Below are positions 11,339 through 23,931 of a stretch of DNA of 55,095 bases, one piece after another. The stretch spans positions 1-55,095 of the forward strand of contig JALMLS010000192.1 in NCBI GenBank assembly GCA_038496445.1, in the 5' to 3' direction. This DNA comes from Trichosphaerium sp. ATCC 40318. Its lineage: Eukaryota > Protista > Tubulinea. The position numbers were made by a program, and so were the translations under genes. Position 1 is the stretch's first letter; every line of letters starts with the position of its first letter. The notes under the pieces were generated by a model. It was not told the origin of the DNA, did not search any database, and saw only the letters and a list, made by a program, of their open reading frames with translations.

Positions 11339-14300
11339 CTAAATTCTTAGAATTACATAGACCTTAGCAAGAAACCATTTTGGGTTACATGTTGGGCATA
11401 AGACAATAGACCATCAATTGATTTGAATCTACAGCAGCTTTAAATTCTTTAAAGGATATCATCCTATCACCATTGGTATCTATACTTTCAAATACTTCAT
11501 CAATCTGCAGGGAGTTAGATCAAGAACAGAGGTATTAAAGAGAATTCGTACAATTGTTTCAATATCTCCTTCATGTCTTCTCCTCTTTCCGGCAAACACG
11601 TGACTTGCCTTGTAAGTTTTACCAAAACTTTTCCTTGTTAGATAGCCATTACATTCTGTATCATAGGCACGGAACATAACTACCACAAGTAAGTTCATAT
11701 TTAGAGAACTACTGAACGGTTTTTGTTATCAGCTTTGTTACGTACACTTCAATCTTTCTTCGTTTGATCCGTTCAATAAAATTGAAAGCCCAATTGCAAA
11801 CTCTTTGAAATCTAGTTTTCCACTCCTATCTTGATCAAATGCAGCAAAGGTATGATCAATAAACGCAGGATCTTGAAATAGTGTTACCAATGTGTTCTTT
11901 CTTTTAAAAACAGTTTACCTGTTATACCAGACTTCTCTAATCCCTGTTTGAATAAGTCCTTGTCCATGTGTCCATTGTCACCAACGGTTAATATCCATTT
12001 TTCATACAAAGTATCTAATTCCTTGGTATCAACTAGATGATGTTAGAAAGTACTACCAGAAATACACTACTAACTATGTCTTAACTTCTTGTTGATGTAC
12101 AACTCTTTGCTGATACGATTACTTGACTTAGCTCTTATTGGTACAGCTTTTTTTTCACCTAGCATAGTGATTAATAGCTGGATTTAGTCTAGATTGTACG
12201 TTTCTTTTGCAATACGCTTGTAGCAGTTTCGACACTTATGTGAGGTGAAGGCATAGTACTAATTACTTCGCTCCTACGTCTTTTTTTCGCACGTGGTCTA
12301 AAACAAGTTAACAAACTTCAAGCAAAATTGGCGCTTACAAACTCTCAACAGGCGCTGGAGTATCTGGTTTGGTTAAATCTATAAATTGCTCTATAGTTTG
12401 TGATTTGCTTGGAGTTGGCTTACACCAATTAAACTTCACGTTTGGATTTAATCCGCGGTTAAAATCATCATGTGGCTTATTCTGTTGCTGTTCATGAACT
12501 TTTCTTATCCAATCTATACTTGGCTGCTTCTTCCTGAACTGATGAAAACTCTGGTTTCTAGTTTCCAACGAGAGTACTCCTTGGCTACGTTTACTTTCAG
12601 ATGAAGTTTCTTCATAAGAAAATTCAGTAGTAGTACCAGTACTACTAAACTCGTTGGAAGAAATGTGAGTTGGTCCATTCACTTGAACATAATATGAGCG
12701 ACTATGTAATCATTGTGCTATGACTCACCACTTGCATTGTATTCCTCACCACCCAGGGAGTTTGGCCTTTCATAAAACATGTCTTTATCGTTTGTATCTT
12801 TAAGGTGCAATCTCATATAATTCTCACCTCTGCTTGAGAAAGCTCTCTTCAGTACATCTGCGTTATCAACGAGGATATAATCACCTTCTTCGTCCTGTTG
12901 GGTGTAAACAAAAAGAGATATACCAACTCCTAGTTTCAGAGCTTACCTCGTAGTGTAAGGTGAGTTCCTTGTTGTACTTTCGGTTTAAGCCATCTTGTAG
13001 TTGTTCAAATTGAGTATCTAATGGTACTTCTATAATGCGGATATCATTGTTGAGAACACACTTTATCTTGACCTAAACAACACGTATTATATTAGGCTGT
13101 TTCGCTAGTATTAAAATGAAGAAACTCTTACCAGAGTGGGTCTGTTAGGATTTTTCATTTCTTCAAATAGTTCATTAACTTCCTTAATTGCTCTAGCAGT
13201 CATTTCAATAATAGGTTTAGATTTTTGATGATCTCCGTGTAAAGAATATACTTGTCCTATTCTGGAAAATAATTGTTTAATCTTAACCTCAACCTAGAAG
13301 TATAAATGAGATTTGCGAAAGAATTTACGATGACGTACTGAAGTAGTATCAACAAGCCGTTGCCGCCACTTATCTATATTTCTAGTTAGATCTTTGTGAC
13401 GGGATTGTTTTTAATGTATAGAACGTACCACTTTTCCCTTTGTTCGAAAGACATACATCCAGAACATTTCTAAATCATGTTACGTGAATAAATCCAAAAG
13501 AACTGTTTCAAAAAACGGGGAAAAAAAGTTGGTTTGAAACGCAGCGTTACAACCCACGTGATATATGACAATAAACGTACTTGATCTTAAGGATGCAATC
13601 AGCGTCAAACTGAAATACATACCGGTTGATTCTAAAAGCACCAGCACTCTGTAAAACAGTTTAGCCGAATAGAATAAGAAAAAAGAAAGAAAAGAACTTA
13701 CAGCCGTACTATCACCCACATTCAAAATACTCTCCAAGGCTTTGAGGACATCACGAATAAAGGCAAACTTATAAATTGGTTCGTTATACTTATATGCATC
13801 AGTCAATACACGATCAAAACCCCGGAACATATCACACCATCCACAAAGCACTCGAATAATACCACTTTTTACAAACATGCTAAATACAATTCAATAAGAG
13901 CCTTTCCTTGTAGATGTTAAGCTAATACGTACTCCACTGTATATGGTACACCTTGGGCCAGATAGTTAACAACTTTAACTAGTTTAACTCTAGTAACTTC
14001 ATCACCTATAACCCAATTAAGTTTCAAAACCTTAGGTAAGAAACGCACGTCTTTGAAATAGTGCGATTATACTGTTAACCAGACTTGAATCAAACTGTGG
14101 CTACAAATAGTATTAGTAAGCTAAGACAAAATTGGTCTTCATACAAGACATTCTCCTCGCATTTGTACCAATAGAATAATAAGGTCGCAACTACTTAGTT
14201 GGATATCTTCACATAACAGTTAGCTTCCACGAAAAACAATGTTGAAGTTTAGTTGCCTGTGTTTTTGCTTTCAAGAAGCTGCTGCAGACGTCCCAACAGG

Positions 14301-16364
14301 TTGCATCGTATAAGAGCTTTTGTCATATTACAATCAAACCTAACTAAATACAGCAAAAGGTCCAAGCAAGTAGCAACCACAAGTGCATTATTATGTCTAC
14401 AAACTTAATCAGCGTTCGTTCCAAAAAAAAAATAAAGTAGTCCTACTTAAGTAAATCAAAGACTCGTCTAATGATGCTTTCATCTGGATCTATTCCAGGT
14501 AGAACAACACGAAGAATCTTTAAGGAGTTTCCAACAATGATAGAATCTTCACAAAATAGCCAAAGGATTGCTAAATTAAACAAACCTTTAGTGTCATCTT
14601 TATTCCAAGATGCCAAAATACTGTTTTGCAAACAAAGTTAGTAGCACTACTTTTATCTAGATACTATACCCATGGTTTGGTAGTGTTACACCAACTAAAA
14701 CACATAAAGCCCAACTGACTTTACGGACAAGTGACAACCGTGTATTTCCTCTACTTAGTAGACTAAAGAAGTTAACTTTGAAGTTTCTTTTGTGAGTTGA
14801 CTTGTACTTGTATAACAATATATGGACTGTTGCTTTTCTCATTTGTTCACAGAACGCAAGATCATTAGCTAAAACACTAATGAAATCAACTGTCTATGTA
14901 TCCAATGAGAGGTTTTTTGTGACTACTGAATAGTGTACCTCCTCAACCACATCCATTGATTTAGTGTACAAAAGGTGACTGATGTTAGTTATGCCAACTA
15001 CAAATTGATAAGTTAGTTGTAAACAAAGTTGTATTGAGACGTACTGGTATCCAATATGAGTTGTTTGTGACATAACATCTCTGGGTATTCTGATAAATTA
15101 CCAGGTATTTCTGGGATACGAGGTCCAGGTGCAAATAATCTTACACAACGTAGAGCTAGTACCTAAGGTACATTGAGCTACGATAAAAATACAACGATTT
15201 ATGTGTACCTGTAGCTCTGGATGTTTCATCTCTAGAAGGAATTCTTTCAAATTGTTGACCCAGTTATATTTTAGTATGTTGTTAAACACAAGCGACATTT
15301 CTGGTATGACCTTCATTCGCCTTGCAGGAGAATCATAAACCTGAGTTTAATCATAAGAGCTTTAAATTATAAAAAACGGAATGGTACTTCTACAATGCTA
15401 AGCAAGTTTACTAATGTATTTAAGGAGCCTATGGTTTCTTTCATAGATTCACTGTTAATCTGGTCATTTATGATCCTCATTTGGTCCTCAGTAGCAAAAA
15501 ATCTAAACCTCTGTAGATAGGCGCTCTAAGAAATATAAGCGAAAAAAAAAAAAAAAAAAACTTCAATTGAACCTTTTGTAATGCACTTGAACTTTTGTGA
15601 TATATAGCGCTAAGCCGAGCATCTTGTTTAGCTATGTCATTATAAGTTAGTTTAGAGTGCTATTGTCTGAATGACATACCACTATTGGCAGAATTTCCCT
15701 CGTATCTATACTGAGACACTTTTTTCCTAGAAAACGATAAGTTCAGTAGTGAATTAGAAAATCACGTGAGGTCTGTCATCATCATACCTTATCTTCTCGA
15801 AGTCTTCTCCTAATTTAAAATGGAAAAACCCCTTTTTGATACGTTCATGTATTAGAGCTCTTTTCTAAACGTTGTAATTAGCATGACTTTGATTTAACAG
15901 TTAGTAGAGTAAGTACATCAAACCCTGTTAGCTGCATGTGCTTTGTCGACTGTGGTATTACATCATCAGTATTCAACCATCTTGTTAACACGCTCTCAAA
16001 CTCTGGCCAATCAATTTGCTAATACCATTTAAAAACGCACAGAAAAACAAACAAAGATTGAACAAAGCAAAAAAAAGTTTCACATTTTTGAAGATTGAAA
16101 GGAAAAAAAAATTGAGGTGACTTTGAACTTACTCCGTCATTGTTTCTATCAAAAGTTTTGAAAAGAATCTCAATCTCTTGTGCTTGGTTATCTCCTGCTA
16201 TTTGCTCCAAGAGCAAACGAAATTCGGTTTCATCAATCACTCCATCTCCATTTGTATCAGTCACAGCAAAAGCTTTCTTTAACTCAGCTACTTCCAACTC
16301 ACTAAGACGGTTTCTTGTTTGTGCCTAAGGTTACCAGTAAATATAATGAAGAACCAACATTCAT
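11339..16364 (-). CDS. Multidomain protein: N-terminal EF-hand pair, ARM/HEAT-like repeats, PB1 domain, low-complexity linker, C-terminal NCS/calcineurin-B-like EF-hands
   Basis: N-terminal EF loops DTNGDGVIDETEF and DRNNDG. PB1-like VKIKCVLNNDIRIIEVP...LHYE|DEEGDYILV. C-terminal FDQDRSGKLDFKEFAIGLSILLNGSNEERLK, FRAYDTECNGYLTR and DTNGDRMISFKEF. Exons 12340 to 11900 splice in frame. Both ends are approximate. Confidence 0.7.
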
Positions 16365-17060
16365 TGCAAATCATTCAAAATCTCGCCGTTGCTTTCCTCA
16401 CTCTAAACAAAGCAAGAGTATCACCGCAAGTTCCGAGCCTTGGTGACAAAACACAAAATTTACAAATACTTCTCTGTAGAATACCGCTGGAATACGGTAG
16501 TTAACGCACCATATACGTAAACCAATGTACCAAAATATACGTTTAGTAGCGCTATTGAGGTTGTGTACGGCTGTTACGGAAAAAATAAAATTTGTTATTT
16601 TCAATCTTTACCAAAAAAAGCCTATTCTTTTCGGGAATGGATTTTTGCCATCAAGTCATGAAAAGTCAACGTCAGTGTGAAAATACAAGACAAAAGACTG
16701 TAATTACGGGCAACTAGCATAAAACAAGAGCAGGCAAAGATTGATCTGGCTTATGGTTGTGACAAAAAAGGTGTGTTCATTCGAAGCCTAGTGACGGTCA
16801 ACAAACTATAGAATAAACTACAGAAGTCAGTTTCAAGTAGGTATTTACAGCGTTCTATTTGACGAAGTACCGATACCTGCGGTACATAAAAATGTGATAC
16901 TATAGCCACTTGTAACGGTGGTTTCCATGTAGTGTAGCACAGCTAGACAACCATATCTTAGGTTTTGGGACGAAGAAAGTTAGCCAGCGATTTGTTTTTG
17001 ATAGACAAAAAAGTCCCAACAAGTTATTATTTATTTACATACATTGTACAACGTGTGGCG

Positions 17061-17525
17061 CTAGAGCATCACTGAAACAAAGACAACAATTGCAAACAAT
17101 ATCAATACCAATACGAGTTGGTTCCAGTTGATACAACAGTTAAAACCCATGTTGGTGAATGTAGAACTAATACAGAACGAATCTGTTGGTAGTGTTGAAT
17201 TGTAAGTGTTGTTTGATGAAAGCTTTGTTGATGAATACTGTACGTCATTCAATGGAGTATTCATTTCATGAGCGGATGTGGTGTTAATTGATGGTGATAG
17301 AGTGGTTCTGTTTGAGTTCACCGCATCAGTTGAAGATGCACTGTTTCTGTGTATTCTTCTCGCATGTTTTGTTGTTTGACGTGTATGGCGCGTAGGTCTA
17401 TCGACAATTGTAATACTACCTGATCTTCGAAATCTTGTATAGCGATCACGTATTGAAGATACTGATGCAATAATAGATATCATTGAGAAGAAGAGGGCTA
17501 CAACTATCACTTGTTTCGAAACCAT
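17061..17525 (-). CDS. Small secreted/membrane-anchored protein (signal peptide, Arg-rich, Ser/Thr/Asn-rich, C-terminal hydrophobic helix), copy 1
   Basis: Intronless 154-aa ORF with hydrophobic N- and C-termini and several NxS/T sequons. A close paralog lies at 18584-19048. Confidence 0.75.
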   Translation of the reverse strand: MVSKQVIVVALFFSMISIIASVSSIRDRYTRFRRSGSITIVDRPTRHTRQTTKHARRIHRNSASSTDAVNSNRTTLSPSINTTSAHEMNTPLNDVQYSSTKLSSNNTYNSTLPTDSFCISSTFTNMGFNCCINWNQLVLVLILFAIVVFVSVML

Positions 17526-18583
17526 GACTTCAAGGACAACAAGCTACTATTGCCGGAGAATTCAGTACTTATTACTTAACAAAACACTTATTTAACTCAC
17601 GTGCCCTACACTTGACCACTATTGTATTGAATCTAAATAAGCTCTTTTAACTACCCTTGCCTGCTTATTTCTTGGATTGCAGAAAAGAACTAATTTGTTT
17701 GACCGAGAAACTTCGGGAGATTCCCAAATGTTCAATACCATTTTTCCCCGGTACTACGCTATTATAATAAAAGACTCTAGCTAATAATAAGAATCTACAA
17801 ACTTGCGGTAACCTGTTACATGACCATTACCTCGTATATGGATCTGAGCCAAAGTGTCGCGTGTCACAATCCAAAGCCCCATTCTTTTTTTTTCAAATAA
17901 ACACAGCGCTACCAAAAATCAAAACACCCTGGATTTGTTTTCTTGATTGTTTATGTTCGTTAGGATTTTAAAACTGCACGTGAATAATGTAGCAGCTTTC
18001 AAAATTTAGTACACACAAAAGAATCTAACTATGCGACTCCAGGTAACTTATGTGCTCTAGTATACTTGAAACTCATGTAGGCTGTACAAAACCCAAGTGA
18101 TTTATTCAACTACTATATTATAGGAGAATCCGGTTCCATGCGCTGCGACACTTGATAATAGGATGTATGTAGCAAGTTGTTTTCTAGAGAAGAGCATGTG
18201 TCAATACTAGTATTTGTACCTTATTAAACACCGTCAGATATCTTAGATGATGAGTATAATTGCTATAGATTATGTTATGTAGCCTTTTAATTTATGTAGG
18301 TAACATAAAAGTATGTCGAGAGTAAACTCTCCTTTGAAAGTTCCTGCAATCTTCAAACAATCTTGACGATATCCTTGCCTCTAAACATCAACATCAAGCT
18401 GCGCTAGTTACCAGGTATTTTCTTCATCTCAAACTTGTTGCGATGAGCGTAGTAGAGTTTTCTAAACAAACAGGTCTAAAGCTACGAACTCAGTGGTTCG
18501 ACAATATTAGACAGCATCGCTTTGAGGCAAAAAATTCCAACAAGTTATTATTTATTTACATACATTGTACAATCGTTGTGGCG

Positions 18584-19048
18584 CTAGAGCATCACTGAAA
18601 CAAAGACAACAATTGCAAATAATATAAATACCAATACGACTTGGTTCCAGTTGATACAACAGTTAAAACCCATGTTGGTGAATGTAGAACTAATACAGAG
18701 CGAATCTGTTGGTAATGTTGAATTGTAAGTGTTGTTTGATGAAATCTTTGTTGATGAATACTGTACGTCATTCAATGGAGTATTCATTTCATGAGCGGAT
18801 GTGGTGTTAGTTGATGGTGATAGAGTGGTTCTGTTTGATTTCTCCGCATCAGTTGAAGATGTATTGTTTCTGTTTATTCTTCTCAGATGTTTTGTTGTTT
18901 GGCGTGTATGGCGTGTAGGTCTATCGACAATTGTAATACGACCTGATCTTCGAATTCTTGTATAGTGATCACGTACTGAAGATACTGATGCAATAATAGA
19001 TATCATTGAGAAGAAGAGGGCTACAGCTATCACGTATTTCGAAACCAT
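18584..19048 (-). CDS. Small secreted/membrane-anchored protein, tandem copy 2
   Basis: The ATG at 19048 gives 154 aa collinear with copy 1. The copies share a 3' flank and an upstream ~62-bp block (18031-18092 vs 19918-19983). Confidence 0.75.
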   Translation of the reverse strand: MVSKYVIAVALFFSMISIIASVSSVRDHYTRIRRSGRITIVDRPTRHTRQTTKHLRRINRNNTSSTDAEKSNRTTLSPSTNTTSAHEMNTPLNDVQYSSTKISSNNTYNSTLPTDSLCISSTFTNMGFNCCINWNQVVLVFILFAIVVFVSVML

Positions 19049-20840
19049 AAGAACAATAACGAGCTTCAAATGCTGGAGAATTTGTATTTTATTTGTTGCT
19101 CACTTAACAACATTCACGCGCCAACACTTATAAGACGAAAGTGGTATTGAATCCCAAAAAAATCTGATTTATAAAACACTCCTTACACCTACATCCTTGA
19201 GTGTTGAAAAAAAACATTGCCAAATGTTCACATCAGTTTCCTCCGAGGAGTCAATAATAAAGATTGTAACTAACGATATGAACTTACAACCGTGCATAAA
19301 CCTCATACATGACCATGTATACATGGACCCGCGCCAATGTGTAAAGCTTGATGTCTCCACGAAAGTGTTCGTAGACAAAAGATTTGTGAGCCCAAAATCA
19401 TATCAACAAAATGATTACCTGTGACTGCCATACCCACCAATGGATGTTAGTGAGAAAGGTCGGGTTCTTGCCCCGAACGAAGTGATAGGACAGACAGAAA
19501 GCGAACAACGCTCTTTATTAGCTAGCCTCCTCTGTCCTACGTCAAAATGCTATCAACAAAAAACTGGGAAGACAAAGAATCATGTGCTTTTTTTTTCCCA
19601 ACACTTTTTTCCCAAAACAACGATTGTATCAAAACTCGGCTGTGTTTGTATTCTTGTAGTATGTTCACAAAAAGGCACGTGATGAAAAGTAACTAGACGC
19701 GCATGTCTGCTTTTTTTTAGTGCGAATAAGTAGCAGCCTTGGTACCTAGTGCGTAGGTCTCTCCTGACCAAGACTAGAACATTGTTTGGTGGACACATTC
19801 TCAGCATTGTGGTCATCATGAAACACAAACATGTTCTGAGTACCTCAGGCCATGTAGTCTAGTCTACTGAAACTTTAACACCTTTCAAACATAGTTCACA
19901 TACCAAGAACTTCAGCAATGCGACTTCAGGTAACTTATATGCACTCTAGTACCCTTGAAACTCATATAAAGCTATACAAAAACATGACTCACAGGGGAGA
20001 ATAAACTTAAAGGTACGTAACACCACAACTTAATTCTATTAAATTAAAGAGGATAATAGCTGTGATTACGTTCTGTAGACTCCAAAGAAACTGTCGTATT
20101 GGAAAGGCTCTTACAGAGCAACTTACGCACAATAAAAGATATGAGCAAAAACGACAAAATGGGTGAGGCAATCTAGCTGGAATTAGAACTTTTTTTCCCC
20201 TACGAATAGTATCACGTGACACATTTTTCGTTTAAATTACGTGAGGGTAGTGCACACTAATTAGTTGGTGACAGGGTACGTGATAAATCTATGAAGGCAA
20301 CAATGAAGGTACTAAAATAATCGAATTTCATGCGCTCAAATATAGCGATACATCATTTTTTTTCAGTTGTTAACATTAGCATAAAGCGATACTCTGCTTA
20401 TTTTGATGTTTATCCATTACTTTATTGTCACTGTGAGGGAAATATCGGTATTGATCTTAAACACGTTAAGAAGCAATACCATTAAGTCAAAGCGTAGATA
20501 ATCTGGAAAAACAAATTGTTAATTTATTCAATACTGTTTAAAAAATAAGAAACGCTTGCGACTAGCGCAGCTTTATTAAGATATTATCTACACCAATGGA
20601 TAGGCTTTAAGAGCACATGTATTCTACAGATCTTGACGAGTGGCAAGGCCATGTCTGAAAACAAACATCATATTCATTGAACATACAACTCCAATATTGT
20701 TAATTTAATTTCACCTGTTCGTGTAACATAATTGAAGTGAAGATGATCAATTACCATTTTAAGGTTAGATGAAGCTTGTTTTTTACCAACTAGGCAAAAT
20801 GATAAGCAGTCATTTATAAAAAAACAAATTATAGCTTTGC

Positions 20841-22300
20841 TTACGTCCATGGCCATTGTTGATAAACACCAGATGCACCAAACTCATCATAGTCTTCTTT
20901 TGAAATACACTTATCTCCAAAGGTAGAGAACCAATAACTGATCCTCCAATCCAAGAAAGATTTAATCTTTCTGGTGGTGCTATTATCTTTATTCCCACAG
21001 TATCGAGGTGCCATTGATTCAAGACCAGTTTTTAATCGTTTTGGTATTCCGTCAAATAGACTTGTTCCACCTGAAAGCACTATGCTTCCGAATAAATGCT
21101 ACGAAAAAATGTTATTGATTGATTTTTAAAGAGTTGTTGTTTAGGCTTGTACTTTTCTCATGTCCACACCAGCAGCCATAATAGAGTCGTACGCAAGGTT
21201 TGTAATACCTGGAGTGTCAAATCCTATATAATTTGGCTAAAAAACAAAGTAAGCAAAAGAGACATCACTAACAAGCGTCTGTCTTTGCAACAACAAAAAA
21301 AATCAACCTACATTAAACAGAATTTCAGTACATCGGAAACGCTCATTTCCAATCTTAATTTTTTCGCCATTAGGTAGTTCATATGATTTAATATGTTCTT
21401 TTGGTGACTTTGAGTAAATCTCCATTTCTTTTTCGACATCAAAAGCAACGTAGCACAACTTTTCTAAAACAATCGCATTTCATAAAAAAAAATTATTTGC
21501 AAGCGAACCTTTGATATCATTCACTATTTCTCTCTCAGCCCTTGTCTTTAATGAGTATCCACTTTCATTCAAGAGATATATTAGTCGTTCTGTAATATAG
21601 CTACCTCCAACGTCAAGGCACCTATTGCATTCATGACAGGACTTCCTTCCTAAAAACAATCAAAACTAAGGAATAAAAAACGCAACAGCTTGCTAATAAC
21701 AACCATACATAAACTGGTACAAGCTTAACAGTATCTCCCATATCTACAACTAATCCAGTACTTCTTCCACTACCATGTATGGCTAGAACACTTGATATGG
21801 GTTGGTAGTATGCAGGAACATTAAAAGTCTCAAACATGAGCTACAAAAGCAGTTAACAATCTAAGAAAAAAACAAGAATAACATGTCCATACCTGAGTAG
21901 CTCTTTCCCGATTTTTCTTCGGGTTGTTTATACTTTCAGTTGAAAGAACAGCCGATCCTTTGTAGATACTTTGAGTTTCGTATCAAACGTATATTGCCAG
22001 ATTTTTTCCATGTCATCCCAGTTTGTAACAATACCTTTTTCTATTGGATATTTTACAGAAGCATTTCTCGCTTTGACTGAGCTTCTTCACCAATATAAGA
22101 GTCCTTCAAGTCCTTGGCATCCTAGTACTACTTTATTACAATGGTATAAACACAAAAGGATTAAGCCTGGTGTTGTTTGTACCGAAGGTGAAAGGTCAGA
22201 TTTTGGACGACCAACAAGCGGTGAAAAACAGCACAAGGCTCTTGGTCTGCCGCGAAACCAGCCTTTATGTTATAGGATGAATTGTCAATGATAATAGCCT
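20841..22300 (-). pseudogene. Divergent actin/actin-related gene with about 6 frameshifts (pseudogene or consensus errors)
   Basis: Motifs [93 protein letters not shown] and IIAPPER..SWIGGS, split by GT-AG introns. The 5' end is unresolved. Confidence 0.85.
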
Positions 22301-23269
22301 ATTACAGGTAAGCACCTAACGCCAAACTGTTTTGGTTTAGGCGTTTTAAGCTCTGAGAACAGAAAAATACAAAAAAACAAATGTTTAGCCTTGTAGTGAC
22401 TGAAAATTTGCGTATTAGAGCAATAGCAGTCGTTTTTAGTTTGATATTTTATAAAACATTGTAAGTTGAAATCGGCTAATAAAGCGTGTTCACGCAATCA
22501 AATGATGTACATAGAGCCAGAACGATTTTATACAATAGTATTTGTAACGTAGCTACGTTTCTTGAAATAGGTACCTGCTGTCGTTCATTCATCTCAGTTG
22601 TTGCTATGTGAATTTGATCTATTATAATTAATGAGAACTAAATTCGTATTTCGAAGTGTTTGGGACGATTTTTGTATTCAAAAGATCTTGACTTAGTCAA
22701 CACGTTTTAGGTGCGTATAGATCCAACAGAGTGGCACTGCGAAGCCACACTCGTTGATAACAATCTTTGCTTGCGTATCGGGTTAGAGGCAATATAATAC
22801 TAAATCCGTAAGCGATACGATCCTGCAACCCCGCCGCAACTTGCTATTCATCTTTTTTAGGTGACATTTTAACGTACTGAGTGAGACACTAAAATCTTCA
22901 ACGCTGTAAAAGTAATCCGTTACAGTTTCTAGCGACAGCTATTAGTAAATCAGTTATATGGTTGCTACGTTGCTTTGGCAGTGAGACATCGCTTGGGTGT
23001 GAAGAGAACTTGCTACCCCTTGTAATATTGTCAATGAAGAATAACTACATATTCTGTATTTGATGCACGCTATTCCACTTGACAGGCAATTAATTCAAAC
23101 CGCTGCGTGTCACACGAATTAATTTTATTCGTATTGTACAAGTGTTTTGAATACATTATTAAGACTATTAGACAAAAAATGTCAAATTGCTAACGTGGGA
23201 TCCAATGGCCACGCATATTCGACAAATAGTGTTGAGCGCATTGAATGAAGGGTATGGCAACCATACAAT

Positions 23270-23747
23270 CTATGTCTTTGTTCTACCAATTCTTCTGTGA
23301 GTAAATTTAAGCTTCCTTCGCCTTTTTCTACGCAAATGTCTTTTGATTTTTAGTCTCTTGCGCTTCTGAGTGGATATAAGCTGGTATTCTTGTATTTCTT
23401 GGGCATCTTCGACAGGAGATGCCTCGATCGCGTTTGTTACAGTGTTTGGTTGTTCCCAGATAGATTTAGGTACAAACGGCGCGTTTACCATGGCTTGCCA
23501 GTGAGGAGCGCAAACAATTGAAGAAGTGTTAAACTGTATAGGTGTAGGGATAACTAAGGGTATGCGGTTAGTATTTTGATCAAAGAAGCTATAACGAGTG
23601 AATTATACCTATTGGCGCTTTAACTACTTGATGTGTGCTACTAGTGTTAACTCTTACGCTTGGAGAGCACGCTGTTGTCATTTGCCTGCTTACGCATCGC
23701 GGCGCAACGGCAGAGTACGCTACTCGAACGCGAAGCGAGTTCAACAT
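23270..23747 (-). CDS. Mitochondrial small-subunit ribosomal protein mS38/COX24-like (DUF1713 C-terminus), 2 exons
   Basis: Arg/Ser-rich presequence-like N-terminus MLNSLRVRVAYSAVAPRC, one intron, and a basic C-terminus STQKRKRLKIKRHLRRKRRRKLKF. Confidence 0.72.
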
Positions 23748-23931
23748 TTAATACAAGATGCTGGTTGAAGTGGAGGCCGTACAGAACAGTATTTTTTGGC
23801 TAGGAATAGTATTGACTTTGGCGAGAGACATTTCAAACGAACTTTGTAGTTGAGTTTGCGAGCTGCAGTGTTTACACTAACATTACTCTTCAAGTGTTTG
23901 CTGGCCTCGTTACTTTTGAAAAAGAGGCAAA
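23748..23931. promoter_or_regulatory. Putative bidirectional promoter between the mS38-like gene and MROH1
   Basis: The two ATGs diverge and are separated by only 184 bp. The call is positional inference. Confidence 0.5.
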
